From Trichomonas gallinae (taxonomy: Eukaryota), in assembly GCA_008369845.1 (NCBI GenBank), contig MRSU01010827.1, forward strand, positions 1-38,551: 38,551 nt of DNA, written 5' to 3'. This document shows positions 1 through 11,565 of this stretch, in pieces. Position numbers and translations under genes: made by a program. How positions within the stretch are numbered: position 1 is the stretch's first letter; each line of letters begins with the position of its first letter. The notes beneath the pieces are model-generated. The model did not search any database, was not told the origin of the DNA, and saw only the letters and a list, made by a program, of their open reading frames with translations.

Positions 1-514
1 GTATCTTTAAGGTGTCTATATAATACCTGCAAAGTTTAGGGCAATTTCCTAGAGCCCTTCGAAGTTTCCATACCTTTATGAAATTTATTTTTTACGAATA
101 TGATTTAAAATGTCATATGATGTTATACTAATCTTTCGAAAATATATATAATTGTCAAATGCAAGTTATGTATTGCCTGAGAAAAAAAAAATTGATAAAA
201 ATATCATCGAAAATTTTCGAGTGATAATCGTAATATTTTTAGTGAATTCAATCCTATACAGGAAGCAATTTGGTTTGTATGAATTTCGAGACTTTGGTAT
301 GACCTTTATGTGAAGCAAACATTAAAGCTGTTCTGTGGTATTTGCTTTTTGAGTTGTAATATTAAAATATCCACTGAAATAAGAAAACTTACAACTCTAT
401 AACGGCCATAATCTTAAACACACATTCACGTTTCATTAATATCAATATTAGTATAGTTTTCATCATTTTCGTATTTGCTTTTTACATTACAATAAATACT
501 TGAAAAGCAAGTAA

Positions 515-912
515 TCATTCAACAGCATTTGTCATTAGTCTATAATATGCTCTTGGATTCTCAATGTCAGTAATAAAGAAAACATATGGATTGTCGCCGT
601 CAAAAACATACACTGGGAGATTTTCAAGATTTCTGAAATTGTAGTTAAAAATAACTTTGGCAACCATACCGGGTGAAAATGCATTATATGGAGTCTCTAG
701 TTTGTTCCCACCAGCATAATAAACAATAGTGATGCCTGAATTGACAAATGAAAACTTTCCGAATGATTTTAATGAATTAGGTAGCATTAATTCGAAAACA
801 TTCGTAATGTGCTCTTTCGTGATTGTCAATAACAGCAGTACCGCTGGGTCTAATTTGAATTAAATTTAATTGACTGCAACTTTGAATCGCGATCAAGAAA
901 ATTATTATACAT
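515..912 (-). pseudogene. Small hypothetical gene split by a 1-nt frameshift (pseudogene or assembly error)
   Basis: Track ORF 515..829 starts at TTG and stays open only to a TAA near 860. An ATG at 912-910, preceded by Inr-like TCACA, opens MYNNFLDRDSKLQSIKFNSN*, which overlaps it one base out of frame (912-829=83). An intact ~90-aa gene from the internal Met (MLPNSL...) is an alternative. Confidence 0.4.
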
Positions 913-1388
913 TACTTTGTGATTTTTCTGATCAGATTTATCGGATTTGACATTGACGTATTTATCGTTTTGTAAAATGTCAAAAATATGTCAAAAGTGT
1001 TTCTGCTTGCATTCTAAACATCGAAAAGATGTATCTTGTTCAAAACAAGAAAGATCGATTAGTACAAATTCATTATATAATGATAGTTCCACATTTGATG
1101 ATGTTTAGTAGGGATGTCAAAAATTTTTTTTTTGGTACAAAAAAGTTTGGGAAGGATCTTCTATCAAAATGAGGTGGACATTGAACATTTACATAATCTT
1201 CATATCTAAACTGATATTAAGATAAGATAAGCATCAGTTGTTTCTGATATTTTTTCGAATCATATTTTTTGCCATTTTGACACTTTACATCCGACAATTT
1301 AACATGAATTGAAAGCAAATATAATTTTTATTCTGTTTTATTTAAAAACGCTGTATGTTTAACAGAGTCTAATGAAAGTGATGCGGAT

Positions 1389-3212
1389 TTAGTGAAGGCT
1401 GTCATCGAATGGTGTGCGGTCATCGAGCTGCTTCTGCAATGAGTCAGCAAGTTCGTTCATCTGTGCCATAAGCTTCTTGTGCTCTTCAGCGACCTCCTGC
1501 ATGCTATCTGCAGCATCTCTGATGGACTGTATGCGGAGCTGTAAGTTTTCGTTGACTTGAGCGCATTTTGTCTCGAGATTTGTTACGTTTCCTAATGTTG
1601 TCTTTGTCTGTTCGTTCTGCTTTGTGATGCTCTCTCTCAAGTTGTTGAGTGAGGCTTCGTTCTGGGCCTTGTTCTTCTGGAGTAATTCGAGGCGCTGGTT
1701 GAGTGTTGAAAGTTCCGAATTCAATTTCGCGCATTCTTCATCTGATTGGCGAATTTCGCTGAGCAACAAGTCTATCTTACTGTTGTTCTGTGTAATTTCG
1801 ATCAAAGTGCTCTTATTTGTGTCTTTGATGGCATTTAATTCTAATGTCTTCTCAGTGACTTGCGCCTGAAGTTTAGACAACTCTTCCTTGTTTGTATTGA
1901 GTGTAGCAGTGTTGCTTTCAACCTTAGCGATCAATTCGCTGAGGTTGTTTGTTGTCTTTTCTTGAATTGCAGTATTAGATCTGATTTCGCTCTCTAAGCG
2001 CTCAACAGCAGATGTAAGTTCCTTCATTCTGGCTTCCTTGGCTTGGATATCATCCTTGATGCCCTTGAGTGTCTGCTGGTGCTCAGCAACGGAGTTTTCT
2101 AGGTTTGTATTTGTCTCAGCGATGTCTGTCTTCTTCTGCTGGATTGTTGCCTTCTCTGTTTCGAATTCGTTCCTTTCACTCTCAACCTTTTCGTCGAGAG
2201 CCTTCTTCTGCGCGTCAAGTTCTTCGACAACATTTTCATATGATTTAACTCCGAAGACTGAGAGGACATCGGCAGCGAGTTTCCTCTTAACTTCAAGAGA
2301 CTCGAAGACCGCCTTGGAAATTTCCTCAATTGCCTTCTGATTTATGCTATTTCTATCAATAGCCTGGAAAATTTCAGCGTAAACCTCTTCGATTGACTGC
2401 ATTGTTGGCTTCTCTGGTACAGCAGCCTTGGATGGTGCTGCAGCAACTGCTTCAGCTGGAACTGAATCTGATTTGGTTGTTGCCTTTTCTGCGAGCTTTA
2501 AGTTATCATCCTTGAGCTGGTTCAACTCGTTAGCGTAAATCATCAGGTTCTGGCGGTTCTGCTCTTCGACCATTCTAAGCTTTTCGGTTTTCATATCAAG
2601 GTCGAGCTTCAAGTTCTGCATTTCTTGATAGACAGCCTCGACATTGCGTCCCTTGCTCTTTGCGAGGGCTGCGTTTTCGGCTGTGAGCTTGTCGATTCTC
2701 TCTTCGAGTGTGTGAATCATTGTTTCGCGAGATGTTACTCTGCTGCGAAGGTCCTCGATGTTCTTTCTGTGCTGTTCTGTCATCTTTGCGAGTCTCTGTT
2801 CGAGCTCATTACGGCACTGCTGCTCATCCGTTAACATTGTATTCAAAGACTGGTTCAAAGCTTCGACTTTTGGAAGGGCGTTACCTGCCTTAGCCTTGAA
2901 CTCTTCGTATTCGTTCTGTAATGTGATGTATTTGTCAACTAACGAACGATATGCTGGGATTCCGATGAGTGAGACATCTGCGCCAAATTTATGTTGCTGG
3001 ATGAGCTTCTCGGTCTCCTTGATGTCTGAAATTTCAAGCAAATACGTGATAGCTGATAAATAATAATTGGCATTCCCATAAGAGAAAAGATTTTTCATCA
3101 TTGACTTAGCTTCCTCTGCTTCTGGCTCTGGCTTCTCTGGTGTGGTGCTGGCAGAATACACGAGGAAGAACTCCTTTATGTGCTTAACTGCTTCAATCAT
3201 TGGGTCACTCAT
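1389..3212 (-). CDS. Long coiled-coil protein (607 aa), function unknown
   Basis: Open 607-codon frame from ATG, with E/K/Q/L-rich heptad-like sequence over most of its length and an Ala/Pro linker (AEAVAAAPSKAAVPEKP). Stop reads TAAA. Confidence 0.9.
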   Translation of the reverse strand: MSDPMIEAVKHIKEFFLVYSASTTPEKPEPEAEEAKSMMKNLFSYGNANYYLSAITYLLEISDIKETEKLIQQHKFGADVSLIGIPAYRSLVDKYITLQNEYEEFKAKAGNALPKVEALNQSLNTMLTDEQQCRNELEQRLAKMTEQHRKNIEDLRSRVTSRETMIHTLEERIDKLTAENAALAKSKGRNVEAVYQEMQNLKLDLDMKTEKLRMVEEQNRQNLMIYANELNQLKDDNLKLAEKATTKSDSVPAEAVAAAPSKAAVPEKPTMQSIEEVYAEIFQAIDRNSINQKAIEEISKAVFESLEVKRKLAADVLSVFGVKSYENVVEELDAQKKALDEKVESERNEFETEKATIQQKKTDIAETNTNLENSVAEHQQTLKGIKDDIQAKEARMKELTSAVERLESEIRSNTAIQEKTTNNLSELIAKVESNTATLNTNKEELSKLQAQVTEKTLELNAIKDTNKSTLIEITQNNSKIDLLLSEIRQSDEECAKLNSELSTLNQRLELLQKNKAQNEASLNNLRESITKQNEQTKTTLGNVTNLETKCAQVNENLQLRIQSIRDAADSMQEVAEEHKKLMAQMNELADSLQKQLDDRTPFDDSLH

Positions 3213-4041
3213 TTTATTTGGAAATTTTGAGGGGTTGTTTGGTTTCAGACCCTTTTATAAAATAATCGTTTTGCCCTCAAAAAATTTCGGTTTAAAAATT
3301 TTCTTCTTTTTGACTATGACAATTCCGGACAGCATCATTCATCATTTTTTGCATAGAAAGTCATGGATTTGATCTTAAAAATGGATGATTTTAGATCTGA
3401 AATTTTGTGCTCTAGATCGGAGGGACTTCTTTTTGTTCTCATATTGTTCTATATCTAATATATTTCATTTTTCACTATCAATTTTAACACAACTACAAAC
3501 AATTAAGTAACTTTTCCTAATTGTGAAGATATAACGATTCATGTCACATTATAGAGCTAGGAATTACATAAGAATGAATGAGAAACGAATTATTGTGCCT
3601 ATTAGCTCATGGTTAATACAACCAAGTTGATGAAAATGACTGAAACATTCAATAAAACAATTTATGTTAATGAGAATATAGTCGAAGAAATATTCTTATC
3701 TTTTTTTATTACAGTTGAATTAAGTGGATAAAAAACAGATCGAATATCAGTTTCACATAAGTTACAACATGCTACATGGTAATATTCCAGTATTGCACAA
3801 TAATATCTCAAAAATAACTGATAATGATATAGAAATAGTACAGTGAATATCTATAGATGTCATAATTTTTTTATCCATGAATATGATTGATGAAATCATT
3901 TTACATTGGTGAGATAGAGTCAATACCTCCAGGAGAAATATGTGATAGTGATAAAATACGCAGTTTTATTTTTAACATCATGATGTGACAAAACTATTAT
4001 TATTTGAAAGAGTTTACAAAAATAAATAAAAAATAATAAAA

Positions 4042-5868
4042 TCAAACAAAATTATAAATGGCTGGTTGTGACAACAAAGATTTGATTAGTGGGGAGTTTG
4101 TGTAGTCGATCGGCATCTTATTGGTACAGTCCACCTGATTCTTGTTGGCGCCTTTCATTATCAATAATCCGACATATTCACTTCTCTCGAAACTTGCCGC
4201 GACATGCAACGCGTTGATTCCAGCGCTGTTTTTGTAATTCAGCAAAGCTCCACGCTCAACCATGATGTTGAATATATCGAACATTGAGTCCTCTCTGCAG
4301 CACGCCATGACAGGAGTCTCTCCAAATATATTGACTGTATTAATATCGCAGCCGCGGCCTAGAAGTATTCCTGCTGCGTCCGTGTTTTTAGTGATGATTG
4401 CCAAATGAAGGGCTGAATAGCCTGCTCCATTCTTCTCGTTGATATTTGTGTCTTTGTCTTTGATAAGTCTTTGAATTTCCCTGCAATCTTCTTCGAAAAT
4501 CGCGTTTAACAATGGACTGTTATTCGAATTTGAAAAGTCGATTTTTGGATAACCAAGAATCATTGCGCGCGACTGTTGCGTGCAGTTCTTCAAAGTCAAA
4601 ATATAATCATATGATAAAATGCCGCCTTTTGCTGTAAGAAATCTGATAGTCTGCCATTGTTCGTATTTCACTGCTGTCTCGAGTAATGTGTGCGTACCAA
4701 ACATAACATTGACGTTTGCGCCATTTTCTATCAAAACTTTCGCGATATTTTTGAATCCTCTTGCCAAAGCTAGAGAAAGAGGCTTATTTCCGGATGAACT
4801 TTCAAGATTAATCATATTGTGTTGTGTATTTATCAAATATTTCGTCAACATAAACTGATGAGTTACAATCGAAAGGTGAAGTAAAGTATTTGATCCATTT
4901 GTGGTGTTGAAATCGATGCCCATCAAAAAGAAAGACCAAATAACGCCGTAGTTCTTTGCTCTCATCAATAATTCCAAGTTTTTAGAAAGAATTTCTGGCA
5001 TCGGCTTAACTTTAAGAATTTCTTCGAAAAGATCGTTTCTGTATGTTTGCATTGCAGGAATAAAGCATTCTTGGTAGGAGTTTGGCACATTTCGTAAACA
5101 AATTTCGAAAATTTCTTGATTTCCTGAATAAAGCGCGAGTCCTGTTGTTTGGGGAGTAATTTGACCACCATTAGTCATGAAAAAGTTAAACACATCCGCG
5201 GAGCCGTAAAAAGCGGCCAAATCTATTGGCGGCATTTTTCCTTTGACAACTTCGAATAAACAGACTTTGCAGAACTTAGGGATCTTTGCTTTCCACTTAT
5301 TCGTGAGTGCATTGAGGTCATCTTGTTTTATATAAAATCCAAGAGCCTTCATCTTGTATCCAACCTTATAAATGCAAATTCGATCTTCAGGAGTTGAGTT
5401 TTTTAGCTTCCTGATTTTATCATAGAACTCAGGAGAGACATTTTCTTTCGTAAGGTTCAGTTCTACTTTGCTTGGGAACTGTTCTAGGAAGAAATAGTGG
5501 AATTTTCTGTCATTTGTAATTTTTTGCGAGATTTGAGTCTCAGTAAAGTACTTCTTTGTATATAAATACCTTAGCATAGGACCGTTCTGTATCGTAGCAG
5601 CTTCTAATAGCGAAGATTCTAAACCATTTTCTTTTTCGCCGAAACTCATAACGAAATGAGCATATAAACGAACTAATTTCGTCCTTATTCGTGCCATATC
5701 GAGTATTGTATTTGCTAAATCGTCGTAGTTAGGAAGTTTTGCTTGAATTGATCTGACTTTCTGAATAGTTTCGTGCAAATTCCCATAATTCAGTTGCGAG
5801 ATTGCCACTTGGAGCTGCATCACTGGAACTAACTCAGCAGGAACCTGATTAGGATCCCCAAAAGGCAT
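4042..5868 (-). CDS. Ankyrin-repeat protein (DUF3447-like central region), ~608 aa
   Basis: Repeats such as GNKPLSLALARG, GYSALHLAIITK, GETPVMACC and GINALHVAASFE. The central AAFYGSADVFNFF...ALYSGNQEIF segment is typical of trichomonad ankyrin families. Start moved from TTG (5886) to the first ATG (5868, MPFGD). Confidence 0.9.
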   Translation of the reverse strand: MPFGDPNQVPAELVPVMQLQVAISQLNYGNLHETIQKVRSIQAKLPNYDDLANTILDMARIRTKLVRLYAHFVMSFGEKENGLESSLLEAATIQNGPMLRYLYTKKYFTETQISQKITNDRKFHYFFLEQFPSKVELNLTKENVSPEFYDKIRKLKNSTPEDRICIYKVGYKMKALGFYIKQDDLNALTNKWKAKIPKFCKVCLFEVVKGKMPPIDLAAFYGSADVFNFFMTNGGQITPQTTGLALYSGNQEIFEICLRNVPNSYQECFIPAMQTYRNDLFEEILKVKPMPEILSKNLELLMRAKNYGVIWSFFLMGIDFNTTNGSNTLLHLSIVTHQFMLTKYLINTQHNMINLESSSGNKPLSLALARGFKNIAKVLIENGANVNVMFGTHTLLETAVKYEQWQTIRFLTAKGGILSYDYILTLKNCTQQSRAMILGYPKIDFSNSNNSPLLNAIFEEDCREIQRLIKDKDTNINEKNGAGYSALHLAIITKNTDAAGILLGRGCDINTVNIFGETPVMACCREDSMFDIFNIMVERGALLNYKNSAGINALHVAASFERSEYVGLLIMKGANKNQVDCTNKMPIDYTNSPLIKSLLSQPAIYNFV

Positions 5869-7049
5869 CTTTTTGTCTGTTTGCAATCAATGCGTCACCT
5901 TTTCAGTTGATTATCCCTGACTATTCCTTTAGATATAGACACTTCTTCCAAAATTACGAGGAATTATCATCAAATTTTGGCCCAATTTCAAAGATATTTA
6001 ATTATGACTAAATAAAACATCGTAAATGAGCTTAACCAATTGTATATCCATACTACTAAACTATCACACATGCTATATATACATTTTTCGTATAAAAATA
6101 TTCTGAATTTGATTTAAAAATTATTTCACTCAGTGTAAATAAGTTAACACTCCCACCCATTCAACTTTAGCAGATCTGCTTGGTCGATTTCAACAGTCAA
6201 AGTTAAGGCGATAACGAAAAAGGTGATGTATTCTCTCTTAACCGAGTAGTTAAATCAAACAAGTATAAATAAATTGCTATGTAGTAGGTGTTGTGTTTTG
6301 TTGGGTTATGCTATTATATATATTATGGTTCGAACGAATAAAATATTTTCGTATGCATTAGTTAATTGTTGCCAATCGAGCTTTCATAGGCATATGTACG
6401 AAATATTGAGCCGATTATCAAATTAAAAATACAATGCATCTATAAAATATATCAAACTATTTCATAATACAATATTTGGATACTTGACAATCTAAAATAG
6501 ATTAACTTTGGCAGTGAAATTGCGCTAATGTTGTTAAATAGTAGCATTAAAAGGAATTAAAAATTTTCGATTTTCATATAGGATAAAAATTTGATCCGAT
6601 ATCACTGATAAGTATTAAATGAAGTATGCAGTATGTTTAACGTGTAATTGTAATGTAGAAACTATAATGATCGAGATGTGTTGAAAAACGTTCTAAGGGT
6701 TATAATATGTTTGAAGAAATATATATATATTCTTTAATAAAGTCGTGATTTGCATTTTTTGACCTAAATTATTGATTTCATTGCTTGAGGTGTTGATAAT
6801 TATTCGTTAAGCGTCTATTTCAGTTCACTCAAAGCTAGTTTCCACGAGCGAATCGTTGAAATGAGTCCTAGTCTTGAAAGAACAAATGCGAAATTTTCAC
6901 GGTGCGATTTTTGTCACCTTTTTGACGGATCATCTCTATCAAAAAATCCAATAAGGTTATGGAAAATTTACATGACAAATTTTGCCATGTAAATTCTGTA
7001 ATTTTTTAGTTTTTTTTTGCTATCTAAAAAAAATGATCTATTTAAAGGA

Positions 7050-7426
7050 GTAAACAGCTACTGACATCGATAGTGCTTTTACAAATAGTGTCATATTGCT
7101 TTATATTATTGCTGCACAAAAGATAAGAAGTTTGTCTTATCACAGTGAGATGTAAAAACACGATAAATCATCTTCGCATCAACACATTAAAGAAAACTAA
7201 CGATGAACAACAATTGGCATCACCACAGATAGAACATGAAATAGAAAGTTGAAGACTATATGTCACAGTAGATATACTGCACAAAAAATTGGTGACAAAA
7301 TTTGTTCTCGAATCAAATAAGAAAGAGATATTTCATATGGCCAAAACCGGACATGCCAAGGCTCATATTGTGGCAAGATAAATCAAAGCAGTTAAAATAA
7401 GCATCCCGCATAAAGAAATTAAATGA
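7050..7426 (+). pseudogene. Decayed coding remnant, possibly a PCI-domain (proteasome lid/CSN-like) C-terminus
   Basis: The frame at 7241 reads IES*RLYVTVDILHKKLVTKF. If TGA 7250-7252 derives from GGA, it resembles the PCI winged-helix end (IxxGRLxAxID). Multiple stops and frameshifts. Confidence 0.3.
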
Positions 7427-7802
7427 TCATATCTTTTTTCATAGCGATCGCTCCTTTTTATCATATTATATAACTATATTGGGACATAATGAGTGTTAAT
7501 TTAAAACTATTAGTCTTCGAATTGAAAAAATTTGAAAAATTTTTGACTTGTTTTGGAAATCAAGCCAATTTATAGCCTAAAGATAATATAGTGTATTTTT
7601 TGATAATTTTGATCCGTATATTCTAAAACAAAATTTTGATTTAAATTTTTGGCTTTGTATATTCTATAGATTATAAATATTAAAGAATTTTCATGAATTG
7701 TATAATATTTTCAAAATTTTAAATTTTTATTTGAAAAATAGCCTTGTTATAAGTTATAGATAGTGAATATCGTAATATTTTTGTGATTTGGAAAATTTTA
7801 TT

Positions 7803-7810
7803 GTCACTTT
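7803..7810 (+). promoter_or_regulatory. GTCACTTT motif (contains Inr-like TCACTT; reverse complement of AAAGTGAC)
   Basis: Exact motif ~30 nt upstream of the ATG at 7841. The same 8-mer lies upstream of six other genes in the window. Confidence 0.6.
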
Positions 7811-7840
7811 TATGATATAAAGATTTTGAAAAATTAAAGA

Positions 7841-10800
7841 ATGCGACATGGACGGGCTTCCAGGTCGAGAGCAAAGAAAGAACATCTTTATTTGCATCTG
7901 CCGAGGAACGAAGTCGCAAATTTTCAAGGAGAAGTCACTGCAATCCTTGGAGAAATCAATTCAGGAAATGGACCTTTATTTGATGGCTTAAAATCAGTGA
8001 AAGAATCCATAGAAACTTTTAATTCAGATAATTTCGTCGTCAAATGGATCACTCTGCAACAGTTTTTAGAAACAATTCCAAATTACGGCATACGCGACAC
8101 AATTTTACGAATTTACGACTACACAAGAAATGTAAGAGTCTTCGCAGCAAAAATAAATTCGGTAATTCCATATCTTCCTCGAATAAAATCTGTATCGAAT
8201 TATTGTTCGAGACTTATTGAATTTCTTACAATGCTTAAGGATAAGTCGCCTTGTGGAATTCCAGAAATAGAAAGTTTTATTACTTTCATCGAGGAAACAA
8301 AAAAATCAAATTCAGATATTGACGTTGGACCTCATCATATTCGAGCATTTCTTAATGTCAGCACTTTATTTTCGAATTTAGACAAACTCATCGAAGATTT
8401 TAACATAATCAAAGCAAATTTATCATATATTCAATCAATTAATAAAATATCTGCGCTTCTCAACAAGTTTACTTCCGAAAAGTTCGATATATTAGATGAG
8501 AAAATCAATATCAATTTAGGATCCAAAATATTGCCTTTTAATAGGAACTTTGAGTCTAGAATTCGAATAACTTCTCAAGAAAACTTCCTTTTAGTTAAAT
8601 ACATCGAAGAACTGTCAAATTGTGGCATCGAAATTACAACAGATAAATCAATGAGCATGAAACATGAACATTTATATCCACCAAATCTATCAGAACAATT
8701 CTCATGCCTAGAAGCTAATTATTCAGCTGTTTCTGAGATGTATACAGCTCAATTCATACAGAAAATGCACGAATTATTAGTTTTTCCGCTTCCAGAAGGT
8801 GAAGTATTAGAATTATACGCAGAAGCTATATCAGTCAAGTTCACAAATAATATCAACGGAGAGACAAACGAATATATAGATAGAATTGCTGATTCCCTCA
8901 AAGTTATTTACAAGACAACACAAGTTTTTGCAATTTTAGATTATTTCGGGACAGTTCCCTACGGAAACTCGATAAGACTGATGTACATGAGAACCATTAC
9001 GAACATGCTACTTAAAACAGACGATTTTAACACTCCACTCTCAGAACAGCCAGAAATCGAAATATTAAATCAAATTAAAACAAGAATCAAAGAAACAAGC
9101 ACATTCGTCGGCTTCCCGGTGCGTAGATGGGTATTTCAGATAATAAGAAGCCATTTCCACGCCGTTATAGAATACATAGTAAGAACTGGAAATTTCACGT
9201 TTTTGCTTAATTTCCTGTTTCAAGCTGAATATTCCACAATTACATCCAGCGATATTGAAGACACGATCTCCAGAATTAAAGCATTCGATTCGATTCCGCC
9301 GCAAATTTCTGAATTTCTCGAAGATTTAAACAAAGTTGCAGTAAAATACGGAGAATCAACGGAATTACCGTCAAATGCTGATTTCGTTTTATCATTCGTT
9401 AGTATTTTCAGCGATGACCCGGATTCTTTCAAAGTTTCGGAAATAAAATTCGAATTTGCGCCACTGCTTTCACAAGCGATCACAAAGTGCATAAACGAGA
9501 ATACCATCTACATCCTTGGCAATGCTGACTACTCGTTCCTATTAGATAAGTTCACGCCAGAATTTGTTCCAAATTTCATCAAACTTAACCAATCAATTTC
9601 GATTTTCAGCAGCGAAATAACAAACAAAATATCCCAGATGACAACATACATTATCCAAATGGAAAATGAGAAAGCATACGAAATTCTCTACTTTTTGGAC
9701 ATATTAACTCGTGGATCACTAGACAAAGATGTATTTTCAACAATGATAGCGAAAATAGCCGAATTTGATGACGGAAAAATCAAATCGATTACATTAGAAT
9801 TATTACATCTATGGAGATTCATGCATTTGAGAGATGAAATCGCCAGATCGATAGTAATTGGTGGATATTCGCCAAGAGTTGAAATTGCAGCTTCTTCTTT
9901 GAGACATTTCAACATGAAGAGATTTTTAACGAATTTTGCTTCATTAACATTATTCCTCAATGTTGTTTTCAGCGGACAAGAAGATATTCAGCCTCTTCTC
10001 AAACTGAAAGATGCAATAGAAGAAATCCCCGACTTAATACAGCCGTCGCAATCAACAGTTTTTTCGATCGACGAAAATTTCACGAAATCTGTAGATATAT
10101 TCAAGAATTTTGATTTAGATATAATAATAGACAAATCTAAGATGATTTTCGATAATTTGATAACAAAGAAACCGTTCAATTCCACTGACTCTTTGGCGAC
10201 AAACTTCGAGAAATATGTTAGTTGGCATTCATTCAGACCTAAAATCTACAAAAAGCTTTGCAAAGACCTGAATTTGCTGATGCAGACCTACGGACTTAAC
10301 CACGACAACGACAGCTTGATCGAGCAGATAATTACATACGCGAATGCTGCATCAGTTTATTACCAAACAGCAATTGATATCTCGAACTATTCCACATTCG
10401 TTATATCAAATTCGACATCGATATCATTAGCGAAACAAAATGTTTTCGTCAACGAAAGGAACGATCAGCCTGATAAGGTTTTGCTGCCACTTCAATTTTG
10501 CTTCTCGCAGACTAATCCAGATTATATCACTTTCTCTCTGCAAGTCCTCAAAAACTCGGCGAATTCGATACAAAAAGACCAAGAATTTGATGAAAACTTG
10601 GACTTGATTTTGAAGATCACACAGCACGAAGCAGAGAGCAGGGACATGCTTGAAGATGTCACTAATAACTCTATCAAAGAATTGTTCGATAAATCAGAAA
10701 AACTCAAAAATCTTTTGCAGCAATTAAGTGTCGTGAGACAAAAAGTATCAGCAGAACAAAAGAAGAACATTGACTTGCAAAAGAATCGTCAGAAAGCTAT

Positions 10801-11245
10801 TGTCTCTAAAAAGAACGAAATGGTGAAGCGTCAGTCAGAGTTCTTCGCTCAATACGACTCATTCAATACAGAGAACATAGAGATATCACTGATGTTCGAG
10901 CAACTTGACAACCGCAAACAACCACTTTTGAATGCGATATCAGAAAAGAAAGCATACAAAGAAGTATTATTGAAACAGAAGGATATAATGAGGAAAACAA
11001 AGAATGGTTTTGTAATGACTCCTGCTCAAGAAGCTTCTGAAAAAGACTCGCACAACTTCTCTGCTTATATTTATCCTGATATTATCACAGAACTGAAGGA
11101 AGAAAAACAGAAAATCGAATACCAATATCCAAACAAAGCTGGCATCAACATCGGCGATGTTATCACAACGATGCTAGTAACTACACCTCATCACTTCCAG
11201 TCTCTCACAGGTGTAAATCATGACAAAAACATATCCAAAAAATGA
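7841..11245 (+). CDS. Large hypothetical protein (1134 aa), predominantly helical with a C-terminal coiled coil
   Basis: Uninterrupted 1134-codon ORF from ATG in AT-rich DNA. No catalytic motif recognised. K/E/Q-rich heptads near the C-terminus. Confidence 0.85.
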   Translation: MRHGRASRSRAKKEHLYLHLPRNEVANFQGEVTAILGEINSGNGPLFDGLKSVKESIETFNSDNFVVKWITLQQFLETIPNYGIRDTILRIYDYTRNVRVFAAKINSVIPYLPRIKSVSNYCSRLIEFLTMLKDKSPCGIPEIESFITFIEETKKSNSDIDVGPHHIRAFLNVSTLFSNLDKLIEDFNIIKANLSYIQSINKISALLNKFTSEKFDILDEKININLGSKILPFNRNFESRIRITSQENFLLVKYIEELSNCGIEITTDKSMSMKHEHLYPPNLSEQFSCLEANYSAVSEMYTAQFIQKMHELLVFPLPEGEVLELYAEAISVKFTNNINGETNEYIDRIADSLKVIYKTTQVFAILDYFGTVPYGNSIRLMYMRTITNMLLKTDDFNTPLSEQPEIEILNQIKTRIKETSTFVGFPVRRWVFQIIRSHFHAVIEYIVRTGNFTFLLNFLFQAEYSTITSSDIEDTISRIKAFDSIPPQISEFLEDLNKVAVKYGESTELPSNADFVLSFVSIFSDDPDSFKVSEIKFEFAPLLSQAITKCINENTIYILGNADYSFLLDKFTPEFVPNFIKLNQSISIFSSEITNKISQMTTYIIQMENEKAYEILYFLDILTRGSLDKDVFSTMIAKIAEFDDGKIKSITLELLHLWRFMHLRDEIARSIVIGGYSPRVEIAASSLRHFNMKRFLTNFASLTLFLNVVFSGQEDIQPLLKLKDAIEEIPDLIQPSQSTVFSIDENFTKSVDIFKNFDLDIIIDKSKMIFDNLITKKPFNSTDSLATNFEKYVSWHSFRPKIYKKLCKDLNLLMQTYGLNHDNDSLIEQIITYANAASVYYQTAIDISNYSTFVISNSTSISLAKQNVFVNERNDQPDKVLLPLQFCFSQTNPDYITFSLQVLKNSANSIQKDQEFDENLDLILKITQHEAESRDMLEDVTNNSIKELFDKSEKLKNLLQQLSVVRQKVSAEQKKNIDLQKNRQKAIVSKKNEMVKRQSEFFAQYDSFNTENIEISLMFEQLDNRKQPLLNAISEKKAYKEVLLKQKDIMRKTKNGFVMTPAQEASEKDSHNFSAYIYPDIITELKEEKQKIEYQYPNKAGINIGDVITTMLVTTPHHFQSLTGVNHDKNISKK

Positions 11246-11565
11246 AAATTTACATGACAAAAATTCACTATCGTCTTAATTGATGACATGTAAAGTGAGA
11301 TTTTTGTCAATCCAAAAAAATATAATGTTATTTTTGTTATAGTCTATATATATTATAAACTTATTTTTTCATAACTGCTCCTCCTTTAAATCTTTTAATA
11401 GTACCAAATCCTTTAATTATGCTATTTATCAATTTATCAATTATATTTTGTTCGATCCAAATTATTTCCATTTATTTGACTTATATTTTTCATTGACATA
11501 TAAAATATATGTAATTTTCAAAATTCCGATTTATTTTACTAAACAAAAATATCAAACAATTTTAC

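Noticed and set aside
202..226. Palindrome TCGAAAATTTTCGA
   Set aside because: Similar AAAATTTT-centred palindromes are common throughout this AT-rich window, and nothing else supports a function.
850..874. 25-nt GT...AG segment as a second short intron
   Set aside because: It has no CTAAC branch motif, and its removal does not join the two frames.
1504..3372. Short overlapping ORFs within the coiled-coil gene
   Set aside because: Antisense or off-frame by-products of E/K/Q-rich coding sequence.
6140..6300. Possible snoRNA or other ncRNA (GTGATG...CCGA; CTCCCACCC also at ~30799)
   Set aside because: Box motifs are imperfect, there is no terminal stem, and no guide complementarity can be verified by eye.
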